Made by a program: the position numbers and the translations under genes
In this document: in pieces, positions 13,682 through 52,358 of the stretch
How the letters are laid out: each line of letters begins with the position of its first letter
Numbering within the stretch: position 1 is the stretch's first letter
Assembly: GCA_951406725.2 (NCBI GenBank)
Contig: OX597816.1
Span: 6,820,001 to 6,884,000 of the forward strand
DNA from: Octopus vulgaris
Taxonomy: Eukaryota
Reading direction: 5' to 3'
Length of the DNA: 64,000 nt
The notes under the pieces: generated by a model
Seen by the model: only the letters and a program-made list of their open reading frames with translations
What the model was told of the DNA's origin: nothing
The model's database searches: none

Positions 13682-13925
13682 GGTACTACTTGAGTAGAGT
13701 GGTCCCGGTGCACGCACTTGCGTAGTCGCGCATCCGCGCAAGCCAGTCGTGACTAGTCGATCCTACAACGACTCTCCTAGCAAAGTAAATAAAACACAAA
13801 ATAAATAATTTTTGTTAACCAAAGTAAATAAAACACAAAAACACAAAGTAAGGATCGACTAGTCATGACTAGCTAGCGCGGATATGCGAGTGCGTGCACC
13901 GGGACCACTGTTCTCAAGTAGTACC
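13682..13925. mobile_element. MITE with long imperfect terminal inverted repeats
   Basis: GGTACTACTTGAG.....GTGGTCCCGGTGCACGCAC at the left end is mirrored by GTGCGTGCACCGGGACCAC.....CTCAAGTAGTACC at the right end. Confidence 0.75.
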
Positions 13926-14934
13926 CACTCTCTACCCCACCTCTCTCTCTACACGAAATCGAAGAGTACTTGTTACCCATTTAAAATTTTGGCGCGAAAA
14001 ATTGCTAAAGGAAACTGGAAACCCTTGTCTCAATTTCAAAACTGCTTTGGAGCTTTGGGCTTATACTTCCTGGGATCTATATATATCCAGCAATTTTAGC
14101 AGGTAGGTAAAAGATATTGTTTTAATACACATTGACTTGTTTCAAACAAACACTAACATAGTCTTTTTATTTTTTTTTGTACAGACATCGTTGCCACTAA
14201 TTTTTTTATAATTTCAGCTTTCATTTATTATTCTTTTCAAACTTCTGAATAAACTCAACATCATCATCATCGTTTAACGTCCATTTTTCATGCTAGCATG
14301 GGTTGGATGGTTCGACCGGGGTCTGGGAAGCCAGGAGGCTGCTCCAGGCTCCAGTCTGATCTGACAGTGTTTCTACAGCTGGTTACCCTTCCTAACACCA
14401 ACCACTCCGTGAGTGTAGTGGGTGGGTGCTTTTTACATGCCACCGGCACAAGGGACCAGAGGAGCTGGCATCAACCACGATCAGATGGTGCCTTTTATGT
14501 GCCACCAGCCAAGGTGGCACTGGCATCAGCCACATTCGGATCGTGCTTTTTATTTGCTACTGGCACGGGGTCCCCAACTACAAAATAAATACTGTTTGTA
14601 CATCAGTAATTGGAGGCACCAAATCTAATTCCTACCAACTTCCCTTCTGCATATCAAATATGATCCCTTCCCAGATGGGAGCTGAATCCTGCCATTTTTC
14701 TTGCCAACTAAAACCTTTGACTTTACTAAATTTACTTCAAGGTTTCTAAATCCAGGGATTTTCTTCTACATTTGAAATTTTATTCCATGGCCATATTTAT
14801 CTAAAATTCCTGAAATAAAGAGAAAAAAAAAGATTCATTATAAAATCATATCATATAAAATATAAAAAAAAAGAAATTTATGCAACAGAAAATTATAAAA
14901 AATACAAATAAAAAAAGGGCTTTACTTCTGCTGC

Positions 14935-15678
14935 ACCCTGAAAGGATTTGTGGTTTGTCTGCCTTCCTACTTATTAAGACTTTGGTTTTAGCTAAGTTGA
15001 CACTAAGGCCCTTTGATTCTAATCTTTGCTTCAATACCTGAAATTTTTCCTCTAGTTCTGATAGTGACTCAACAATTAGAGCAAGGTCATCAGAATGGAG
15101 GAGCTCCCAGAGGCATCCTGTCTTGAATTCCTCTGTTATTGCCTGGAGAGCTATGATGAATAAAATGAAGCTGAGGACTGATCCTTGGTGGACTCCTACT
15201 CGGAATTCTTCACTGTACCTGTTGCCAACCTTCACCTTACTGACAGCATCCCTGTACATGGCTTGCACAGCTCTCACTAACCATTCATCTATCCCTAGTT
15301 TCCTCATTGACACAAGATAAGGGATCGGGGGACCCAGTCAAAAGCTTTCTCCATGTCAACGAAAGCCAGGTACAGAGGTTTATCTTTGGCCAGGTATTTC
15401 TCCTGCAGCTGTCTTGCCAGGAATATAGCATCAGCAGTGCTTTTCCCTTGCATGAACCCAAACTGTATCTCATTTAGACTGACCCTCTCCGTGACCTTCA
15501 TTACCTGATCCAACAACTTGATACCTCTGTAATTATTTGTATCTAAAGTGTCACCTTTACCTTTGTAGCAGTTGACTATAGTGCTGCTACACCAGTCATT
15601 GGGTATGGCTCCTTCATGTATCACCTGGTTAACTATACGGGTGACTCGGCTATAGCTGACACTACCAGATATTTTGAG
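14935..15678 (-). mobile_element. RTE-type LINE RT fragment
   Basis: YKGKGD..NYRGIKLL, QFGFMQGKSTADAIF, AFVDMEKAFD, GVHQGSVLS, SDDLAL. Confidence 0.85.
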
Positions 15679-15949
15679 CAACATGTGGCACATAAGAAAA
15701 CACCATCCGAGCGTGGCCGTCTGCCAGCCTCGTCTGGCACCTGTGTCGGTGGCACATAAAATCACCCACTACACTCTCGGAGTGGTTGGCGTTAGGAAGG
15801 GCATCCAGCTGTAGAAACACTACCAGATCTGACTGGCCTGGTGCAGCCTTCGGGCTTGCCAGACCCCAGTTGAACCGTCCAACCCATGCCAGCATGGAAA
15901 GCGGACGTTAAACGATGATGATGATGATGATGATATATATACATACACA

Positions 15950-16011
<62 letters not shown>

Positions 16012-16814
16012 CACAAAGTATGGGGGTGTAGTTCACAAGTGATCTAAACAATTAGGTATGCTAGATAAGTGCTATAACAGATTACTGGGGCTGCAAGGTT
16101 ATAGCTGAGACGGTAGTTAAGGAGCCATTGCAGATTTCCGATAGAGCGGATATATAATTGTTAGAGAGGACAGCAAACATGCAAGGCAAAGCAAACATCT
16201 CAAGCCATATACGTTATTATTATTGGAAAAAATTCAAAGGCTTATACCCATTTCTGGGATATCCCCGAGTATGGGATATTCCATCATCAGAGACAAATAG
16301 GGGAAAATAGGGAAAATGAGAAAGGTATATATTAATGAGAAGACGATATAGAAGAAGGGAGTAAAAGAATGAGGAGATGGAAAGAGAGAAGAAAAAAGAA
16401 GCATAAAAGATCATAGTTCAACTTTCTGATGTTGTAGAAAGAAGGACATAAGGCCTTAGGTGCAATCCTGAGCAGTGGATGGGATTTATGTTGAAATTAT
16501 TGTGTAGAGTGCTCAGGTGTACTACAACTCATCAAAGGTGCATAGAATTACAGAATACATAGAATTATGTAGAAAAGTCAGGAAAGTGAACAATGTATGA
16601 GGAGTCATGATATACATGTGTGCATGTGTATGGAGGTGGGTATATATATCAGGTGTAGTGTTGGCGAATTTCAGGAAGCATGGAAGTTTTAAAGGATGCA
16701 ACTAGCAACTGATGCAGGTAGTTTGTTCCATGGTTCAGCAACTCTGAGAGTGAAAAAATGTTTCTAAAAGTCATGGGGGCTGAGCTGTTTTCTGACTTTG
16801 TAGGCATGCTTTAT

Positions 16815-17730
16815 ATTAGTTCCACTACTGTGTGGGGCCTTCTTACATATACCGTATCCTTGAGGTAACCCCACAGAAAGTAGTCCACTGGAGTTAGATC
16901 CAGTGATCTGGATGTCCAGTGGATATTACCAAATCTCGAAATGAGATGTTCTCAGGAAATTGTTCTCGAAGAGTTGTCATTGACAGTCACGCTGTATGAC
17001 TAGCGGCACCATCTTGTTGCATCCACATCAGAGGAAGCCTTTGTAACTCAGGAAAGAAGGCCTTCAGCATATGTTTGTTGCACTTAGCAGTTGCTGTAAC
17101 AGCTGCACCATGTTTGTCCTCAAAAAAGTCATTGCTCCATGTTTGTCCTCAAAAAAGTCATTGCTCCATGTTTGTCCTCAGAAAAGTCATTGCTCCATGT
17201 TTGTCCTCAAAAAAGTCATTGCTCTATGTTTGTCCTCAAAAAGTCATTGCTCCATGTTTGTCCTCAGAAAAGTCATTGCTCCATGTTTGCCCTCAAAAAA
17301 GTCATTGCTCCATGTTTGTCCTCAAAAAAATAATTGCTCCATGTTTGTCCAAAAAAAAAACCATTGCTCCATGTTTGTCCTCAAAAAAATCACTGCACTC
17401 TGCCTGTCTCACAGAGGTTTGTAACAGCACACAGGATCACCTTTCAGGATGATGCCTCTCACTTTCCAAAATGCTGTCAGATTTTCTTTGTACTGAAACG
17501 ATGGATCTTTGGCTAGTGAAGTATGCTTCAAGCACGTTTGCAATTTCTTTTGGTGTCCACAACATCATGAGGGTCACCAACACCAACCACCTGCAAAAAA
17601 TAGTAAAAACTTAGATAACATGTTGAACCCCTAAATATCAGTTATGTAATAAATATATTCGGTACTCTATAATTTTTATAATCCAAGAGAGTAGCATTTA
17701 GAATGTGTCCCATCATTACGGCCCACTCTG
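16815..17730 (-). mobile_element. Tc1/mariner-superfamily transposon remnant, internally deleted
   Basis: Terminus CAGAGTGGGCC; N-terminus MLWTPKEIANVLEAYFTSQRSIVSVQR; catalytic region WMQQDGAASHT...WTSRSLDLTPVDYFLWGYLKDTVY. Confidence 0.75.
17108..17392. repeat. 29-bp minisatellite, about 10 copies
   Basis: Unit CATGTTTGTCCTCAAAAAAGTCATTGCTC, no spacers. Confidence 0.95.
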
Positions 17731-18009
17731 TGTGTATATATTTATATATAGATTTACGCGCACATACACATACACGCTTCAATATCAATAAATTCTGGAA
17801 ACCAAAATGTGGCAAAAGAGTTCTTTCATTAATTTTTTATAAAACCTTGGAGAAGTCTCTTTAGAAGTGAAGAAGTCTCTAAAGAAGCAAAGACAGGCGA
17901 AAACTAGTTTCCCAAAATATATTCAAGATGACATTATTTATAAGGTTTTAATAATTAACAACAAATTTAGCTAAATAACAATTCCTAGCTAAAATTCGTA
18001 CCGTTATCT

Positions 18010-18972
18010 TTTCTATTCTAGGCACAAGGCTTGAAATTTGGGGGAGGGTAGTCGATTAGATCGATCTCAGTACGCAACTGGTACTTAATTTATCGATACC
18101 CGAAAGGATGAAAGGCAAAGTCGTCCTCGACGAAATTTGAACCCAGAACGTAACGGCAGACGAAATACCTATTTCTTTATTGCCCACAAGGGGCTAAACA
18201 TAGAGGGGACAAACAAGGACAGACATAGGTATTAAGTCGATTATATCGACCCCATTGCGTAACTGGTACTTAATTTATCGACCCCGAAAGGATGAAAGGC
18301 TAAGACGACTTCGGCGGAATTTGAACTCAGAACGTGGAAGCACTCCGTCGGTTACGACGATGAGGGTTCCGGTTGATCCGAATCAACGGAACAGCCTGCT
18401 CGTGAAATTAACGTGTAAGTGGCTGAGCACTCCACAGACACGTGTACCCTTAACGTAGTTCTCGGGGATATTCAGCGTGACACAGAGAGTGACAAGGCCA
18501 GCCCTTTGAAATACAGGTACAACAGAAACAGAAAGTAAGAGTGAGAGAAAGTTGTGGTGAAAGAGTACAGCAGGGATCACCACCATCCCCTGCCGGAGCC
18601 TTGTGGAGCTTTAGGTGTTTTCGCTCAATAAACACTCACAACCCCCGGTCTGGGAATCGAAACCGCGATCCTATGACCGCGAGTCCGCTGCCCTAACCAC
18701 TGGGCCATTGCGCCTCCACGAACTCAGAACGTAGCGGTAGACGAAATACCTATTTCTTTACTACCCTCAAGGGGCTAAACACAGAGGGGACAGACAAACG
18801 GATTAAGTCGATTACATCGACCCCAGTGTGTAACTGGTACTTATTTAATCGACCCTGAAAGGATGAAAGGCAAAGTCGACCTCGGCGGAATTTGAACTCA
18901 GAACGTAGCGGCAGACGAAATACGGCTACGCATTTCGCCCAGCGTGTTAACGATTCTGCCAGCTCGCCGCCT
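18010..18972 (-). mobile_element. Multimeric SINE family A array containing a nested SINE
   Basis: Three tandem bodies with the head at about 18972. Confidence 0.75.
18336..18719 (-). mobile_element. Full-length tRNA-derived SINE family C with 13-bp TSD
   Basis: Head GGAGGCGCAATGGCCCAGTGGTTAGG...GGTTTCGATTCCC; GAACTCAGAACGT duplicated at 18323-18335 and 18720-18732. Confidence 0.85.
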
Positions 18973-19473
18973 TTCTTACCGTTATTTATAGCAAGATGAA
19001 TTAGATTCTGATCATGCAGTGGAGTTCAGAGATACACAACTAGTTGTAAAATCTCAGAATGTACTTTCATTTAAATTCAAACAGTTTTTACTGAGAGTTA
19101 CATCACTCCACCGTTGTCTTTTTGTTGTTTAATTTCCTCCTATACATAATTAAATATAAAGCTCAATAAATATTTCCCACATTTATTCGTTCTTACGGCT
19201 GTCTTACATTCATTAACTTTTAAGTTACTATAAAACTACTCCTGTGTATTTCGACGACTCGATTTATATAAAGCAAATTACAAAAAATACTTAAAACACT
19301 AAATTATTGCACTAAATCCTATTTTTATTATTCTAAAAAGATATTTTTTTTCTGTTTAAAGTCTATCTCTAAAATTGTTATTTCTATTTTCTATTTTCTT
19401 TAAAAACAAAATTAAATCCTCTTTTTTCGTTTCGTCTTTTCCTACGATAATTTTTGTAAGAACCATAGAAAAA

Positions 19474-19496
19474 GCGCGCGAAATATCTCCCGCCAA
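19474..19496 (+). promoter_or_regulatory. Paired E2F-type sites in the MCM5 proximal promoter
   Basis: GCGCGAAA (19476-19483, = TTTCGCGC) and TCCCGCCAA (19488-19496), 60-80 nt upstream of the ATG, in otherwise CpG-poor AT-rich DNA. Confidence 0.7.
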
Positions 19497-19556
19497 CTTA
19501 TCCGCTTCTAAAATCTCGTTGTTTGTCTTCAGCTGTAACTAAATTTGTTCGGGAGA

Positions 19557-46038
<26,482 letters not shown>

Positions 46039-46172
46039 TTCTTTGCCACAAACTGAAGATTGTAGATAAAGGGCAAATATCCCAAAAAATCAAATTTTTT
46101 TTTATAAAATTGTATTGTTATCCCCGAAAATATTTTGTATATTTGTAAAGCTAAATTTAATAATTGTGTCTT

Positions 46173-46178
46173 AATAAA
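46173..46178 (+). terminator. Probable MCM5 polyadenylation signal
   Basis: AATAAA about 135 nt after the stop codon, followed by T-rich sequence. Confidence 0.6.
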
Positions 46179-47297
46179 GTCTCTTTATTTGATTTCCAAA
46201 CTTCTTCTTTCTTATCCGTTTATTTCCAAGTTTTTTATTGTTGAGGGAATTTTCTGAAATCTAAAGTTCTGACTGACACTTATCAAGTTGTTATAATGAT
46301 AATAATAATAATAATAATGGCACTCTGTCGGTTGCGACAACAAGGGTTCCAGTTGATCCGATAGACAGAACAGCCTACTCGTGAAATTAACGTGAAAGTG
46401 GCTGAGCACTCCACAGACATGGATATCCCTAGCGTAGTTCTCTGGGAAGTTCGTCGTGACACAAAATGTGACAAGGCTGGCTTTTTGAAATTACATATAA
46501 TATTCATTGTTATCAGCTGAGTGGAGTGGACCAATGTGAAATAAAAGTGCCTTGCTCAAGGACATATCATGCCACTGGGAATTGAACACACAACCATATG
46601 GTTGTGAGCTGAACACCCCCTAACGATTAAGCCACATGCCTTCTCTCTACTATTGAGACCCCTTTGATTGCAACTAGAAAGTTACCCTCCCAGTTGCCCA
46701 TGCATACCAGCCTCCCCTCTCCACACCACTGATGTTATCCAAGAGAAAAGCAAAGGGGCCGATATAGCTTGGCACCTGTGATGTCGCAACTCGTTTCTAC
46801 AGCTGAGAGAACTGGAGCAACATGAAATAAAGTGTCTTGCCCAAGAACACAACACGCAGCCTGGTCCAGGATTTGAACTCACGACCTCTCAATCGTAAGC
46901 TCGATGCTCTAACCACTGAACCATGCACCTTAGTATATACCTAACAGTTTGACTTCTATAACTCAACTGTGTTTTAGAACATAGCGTTTTTACAGTTTAA
47001 TCAACATTTCATGTGCATTTCCAATATTTGAGTCACAGCCACTGACAATGTCCTCCAATATCTCTCTTTATTGAACGTTTTGAGACAAATGGTCATGGAA
47101 ATTCTTAGACTCTTTGCAAAATTCTTTCACTTAAGAAACTTTTTCATGTAAAACCTGAGACGTTCCCTTATTAGTCCCTACATCATCATCATTTCACCCT
47201 TTCATTTCTGTATTTTGAGATGCTCTGTGTTTCATTCAATTAATTGGTAGTTTCAGCCTGGTTGGTATCAAAAGGGTTAAAAATATGGGGACTTTAA

Positions 47298-47509
47298 CCC
47301 TTTTGTTACCATATTTCTTGCTCTGATGCTCTGTGTTTCTTTCAATTACTTTAAATATAACAAAGAATTTAGTAAAATAACTTAGTTATCATTAAGCTAG
47401 TGTTAGGAACATAAATTGTGACTAAGGTTTGGTGGAAGATTTTAATTCAGAACTTATGAAAACAAAACATTTGTACTACAGAGGCAGAGTCGGGTTGCTA
47501 ACGAAAGGG
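47298..47509. mobile_element. piggyBac-type MITE
   Basis: TTAA|CCCTTTTGTTACC ... GCTAACGAAAGGG|TTAA. Confidence 0.8.
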
Positions 47510-49515
47510 TTAACATCCGTTGTCCATGGGTTGGACGGTTTGACTGGGGCTGGAAGGCTGCACCAGACTCCAGTCTGATTTGGCATGGTTTTCTACAGCT
47601 GGATGCCCCTCCTAACACCAACCACTCAGGGTGTAATGGGTGATTTTATGTGCCACTGCATACCATTATTTAAATCAGGTTGTTGATCATTCCACTGAGA
47701 TAATTCTTATTTCTTTATTGCCCACAAGGGGGCTAAACATAGAGGGGACAGACAGACGGATTCAGTCGATTACATCGACCCCAGTGCATAACTGGTACTT
47801 AATTTATCGACCCCCGAAAGGATGAAATGCAAAGTCGACCTCAGCAGAATTTGAACTCAGAACACAGTGGCAGACGAAATATCACAAAGAATTTCGCCCG
47901 GCAATGCTAACGTTTCTGCCAGCTCGCCGCCTATTTACGATTGATTAAGTCTTTCTTTGCAACATAGTAGCGATTCATCTCCAAATCTTGCTGCTCAACT
48001 GATTACCCAATCCTATCGGGCTTCAATGTAGAAGACATAAATTATTATTTTAACAACTGGATACGTTTTACACTGTTCACTCACTTTTCATCCAGCGCGA
48101 TTTCATTATTTGCTTAACATGCAGAGTTACGTCCCTTTACCCATACTGTGGACTCTTGTCCCATTAGTCTTAAAATAATCCTTTCCACTGAGGGCACAAG
48201 ACCTTGAAATTTGAGGGGAGGGGACTAGTCGATTACATCGACCCCAGTATTTCACTGGTACTTAATTCATCGGAAGGCTAAGTCGACCTCGGCGGAATTG
48301 AACTCAGAGCGCCGCAGCTGACGAAATACCACTAAGCACTTCACCCATGCAAATGATTCTGCCAACTCGCCCCTTCAGTCCAAAAATAATAATTCATGAT
48401 GGCTTTAGTGGTTCAGTCCTGATGGTCAAAGTGGACGCATGGGGAAAGTCTTCATCATCATTTAATGTCCATTTTTCATGCTGGCATGGGTTGGATAGTT
48501 TGATAAATGGACATTAAATGATGATGAAGACTTTCCTCCAACAGTACTGCCTGATTGGCACTCATGCCACTGGAATGATAAAAGCACTTCTGAGTGTGAT
48601 CGTTGCAAGGGCAAGAGTCGACCAAGGTTCCATAGTCTGTTTCAGTCCTTTGTTTCTACAGCCGGATACATTTTACGTAGCAACCTGACCAGTGCCCTTC
48701 AGGGAAAAGCATTACCAAAGTGGTTTTAGGATATCAATTCTGTTGTGATGGGCACAACAGATTGTCTTCAGTGCACCAAATACTTCAGTCCTTTGTCATC
48801 TCCTTCATAAGGTTCCGTGTCCACTTTGACACAATGGCATGCTGGCGTCACATAGGAAGCACCTGTGCTGGCACCACACAGTGAGTGCCCATGCTGGTGG
48901 CACATAAAAAGCACCCATCACACTGTAAAGTGGTTGGTATTAGCAATGGCACCCAGCTACAAAAAAACATGCAAAAACAGATGCCTGAAACCTAATACAA
49001 TCTTCCAGCCTTGCCCACCATGTCCAACCCATGACAGCATGGAAAACGGATGTAAAATGATGATGGATGGTCAATTAAAAACTAAAAGTGGAACTTCATT
49101 ACTGCAAGCTAAACCAGTAAGAATTGGTTAGATTGAAGAATTAGCTGTGGATTTGTTGTCAGAATCCGTAGAAGACTGAAGTTGGATCCTTAATCCAAAA
49201 GCCATCAAAATCTAGTTTATATTCCTTCAGGATCAATAAAATAAATCCCAGATAAATGATTAGGCTGATTCATTTAATTATGTTGACCCAATAAAATCAA
49301 TAAGCTTGAGTCATTATTAAAGTAATTATCAAGTGCTGCTGTGTTAGGTTAATCAAACAACCAATTGATGTTGAAACTTTAAGAATTTTAGCATAAACTG
49401 AATGTTTTACTGACAGCAGCAGATTCCAAGTTCGATTCCAGGCAGTGACCTGAATAATAATAATAACATCGAAAGATACCTTAGGAATAAGAACCCAGGT
49501 TTGAAATTTACCCAA

Positions 49516-49561
49516 GACACCTGATGAAGGCTGGAGGGTATATCAGCCGAAACGTTATGTT
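49516..49561 (+). ncRNA. Minimal type I hammerhead ribozyme-like motif (Penelope-associated type)
   Basis: GACAC-CTGATGA-A-GGCTG(loop)CAGCC-GAAA-CGT-T-ATGTT. Confidence 0.6.
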
Positions 49562-51097
49562 AACAACAAACAAGATCATCATCATCATTTAACGTCTATT
49601 TTCTATGCTAGCATGGGTTGGACGGATTGACTGGGGTCTGTGGAGCCAGGAGGTCTCACCAGGCTCCAGTCTGATCTGGCAGTTTCAACAGCTGGATGTC
49701 CTTCCTAACGCCAACCACTCCATGAGTGTAGTGGGTGCTTTTTACGTGGCACAGGAGCCAGGGGAGGCGATGAGGACAAATATCCATCAAATGTAAATAA
49801 TGTACATAATTCCTCATCTCTTAAATATAGAATTGTATTCTGAGACATGTTAGAACTTTGACAATGTATGGCAGATAATCTTCCAAAATGAAAAGATTTA
49901 GATATAATCTAATAAATTGGAGTTATAGGTTTCAATTTATTTTATTTTTCAAATTAGTAACGGCAGTGCTTGTGACTTCTTTCAGGTATTCCTTGATCAA
50001 TGCTCAGCACAAGTGTTTGTAAATAAAAATGGGGGTGGAAGGGACACAATGTTTGCTCTGAATCTTTGCAATAGAGGAATTCTGCTAAAGGCACCCCAAG
50101 GACCAGATGCAACCACTCCAAGAGTGTAGTGGGTGCTTTTATGTGCCACCAGCATGAGGGCTAGTCAAGCGGTTCTGACAACAACCACGCTCAAAAGGTG
50201 TTTTTTACATGCTACCTGCATGGGAGCCAGTCTGGCAGCACTGGCAACGACCACACCTGAATGTTGTTTTTCATGTGCCAGTAAGGCAATGCTGGCAACG
50301 ATCATGCTTGACTGGTGCTTTTCACATACCACCAGCATGGGAGCCAATCCGTGGCCCTGGCAATGATCACTCGGATGTGCTTTTATCGTTCCAGTGGCAC
50401 GAGTGCCAATCAGGCAGTACTGTTGGAGGAAAGTATTTCATTGGAGCAAAATCATAACTGGAAACCCTTTTCCCAAATGATCACTAAACCACAATATAAT
50501 TTGTTTGTACCTTATTCTGACTATAGTAAGAATTGAACCCATGACCATATCGATAACAAGTCAGTATCTTAACCTCCAATCTAGTTTGCTTCTCTACAAA
50601 TGCAAAGAATTAACACTAATTGAAAGCTAGTTATTGCCAATTCCACAATAATCTGAGACCCCCTTCGGTCATGAATGACCATGGGATTGCACCTAGAAAG
50701 TTATCCTCCAAGGCACAAGTCCGGGCAAGGTTGTTTATGGAAGACCAGCAGTCGCCCATGTATACCGGCCTCCCGTCTCCACGCCACTGATGTTATCCAA
50801 GGGAAAGACAAAGGTCGATACAGCTTGGCACCAGTGACGTCACAACTCATTTCTACAGCTGAGTGAACTGGACCAATGTGAAATAAAGTGTCTTGCTCAA
50901 GACCACAGCACTCAGCCCGGTCCAGGATTTGAACTCATAAGCCAACGCTCTAACCACTGAGCCATGCACCTTCACAATTCCACAATAAAAGACCCAACAT
51001 TAAACGAAGAAATAATGAGTGATTTTTTTTAATATTTTGTTATAAAATAAAAATTCATTAAAATTCCAAATGTAATTAACAGTTTAATTAGCAGTTG

Positions 51098-52358
51098 TTA
51101 CGTTGTTTTCGGTTGTTGTATCTGGAAATTGCAAAGTAGACAAGCAACGGCCCACATTTGTGAGACCGTTTCTTTGATATTCGATGGAACACAGAGAAAA
51201 AGTTGATTTTCAAGGATCTTTCTCATCACATTTTTGATGGGTGACCAGAAGACAGTCATATCTTCTGTTATTTCTGATGTTTCCCATAGTTTATAATCGG
51301 AATGGTACACTTTAATTCCACGCTCGGAACACAGTTTGTTTATCTTAAAATCACTGTCCACAACTATAGCGTCACCTTTTTCACAGAGATCTAAAACGCC
51401 AGATTTTATCGTTAAATCTTGGTCAGACAGAGAATGAGACATAAGAGGAGAGACAAATATCACGGTGCCATTTGGGATGATAGCTATGAGACCTTTGTGA
51501 GTATAAGTTGATTTATATTCTTTATATGGCAGACTTTTCAAAACATGGGACGCAGATGTTTCTGATCTTAATTCCACGCATTCAAGACAAACTCGAGCGT
51601 CACTTAGTTTGAAACCATTCAGGCTACTCGGCAACAGACTTTCTCTCACTTCTTCTTTCGACGGCCAAACTGTCATAACACCAAGAAAAAAGAACAAAAT
51701 ATCTGCCCAGGTAATAATTATGTCCCAAACGGTATCAACCGGCACCAGAAATCTTGCTGCTAAATCCATGACGGACAGTCCTCGATATATATACATTTGG
51801 TACAAAACTAGTTGGTCAATGAGTTGAAGCCCCTTCTCACAGCTGACCGGCTGCAACCCCTCGGTAGTTCTGCTACTCACACGAATCTTGGACCGCATAA
51901 TCGAAGCATGTTCCCACTCTTCAAGAGTATGAAAGAATTTGGTTAAAATTCCATAAGAATCAAAGCCAGTGTAATGTTCCACTAAAGCATCATCGGCACT
52001 GTACCGTTCTAAGGAAAATCGAAAACTGTCGATTTTTGCTTGGTCAAGTTGTCTCCTTAAATCCTGAATTATCGTCCCAGCATCGTCGATTCCACTCGGA
52101 AGGCTATAATTGTGCATCATATCAATGACTGGTACCTCTGTATGTTCAAAGTTGCAATTATTATTCGTCTCCATTTGACATTCCTCTGTTCCCGACGATC
52201 TTCTGCCCCAGTTGTTCCAGCTAAATAATGTTGGATAAGCATTATCATAAAGCCGCAAAGAATGACCAGGTTGACCATAAAGCTTGTTCCTTCTGGTTCT
52301 TGGCTTGTAATCTTCATTGTTGAAATGTTCGCTACACACAAGAGTATCTTTCGTAATT
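51098..52358 (-). CDS. THAP/Harbinger-derived gene, coding exon 2
   Basis: 1261-nt open exon after a polypyrimidine tract and AG; THAP C-terminal half, HTH and DDE-like domain. Confidence 0.9.

Noticed and set aside
17108-17392. CRISPR-like array of 29-bp repeats
   Set aside because: Units are contiguous with no unique spacers, there are no cas genes, and the context is eukaryotic
18640-18719. tRNA gene
   Set aside because: The A and B boxes belong to a SINE head that continues into a repeat body and is bounded by a TSD
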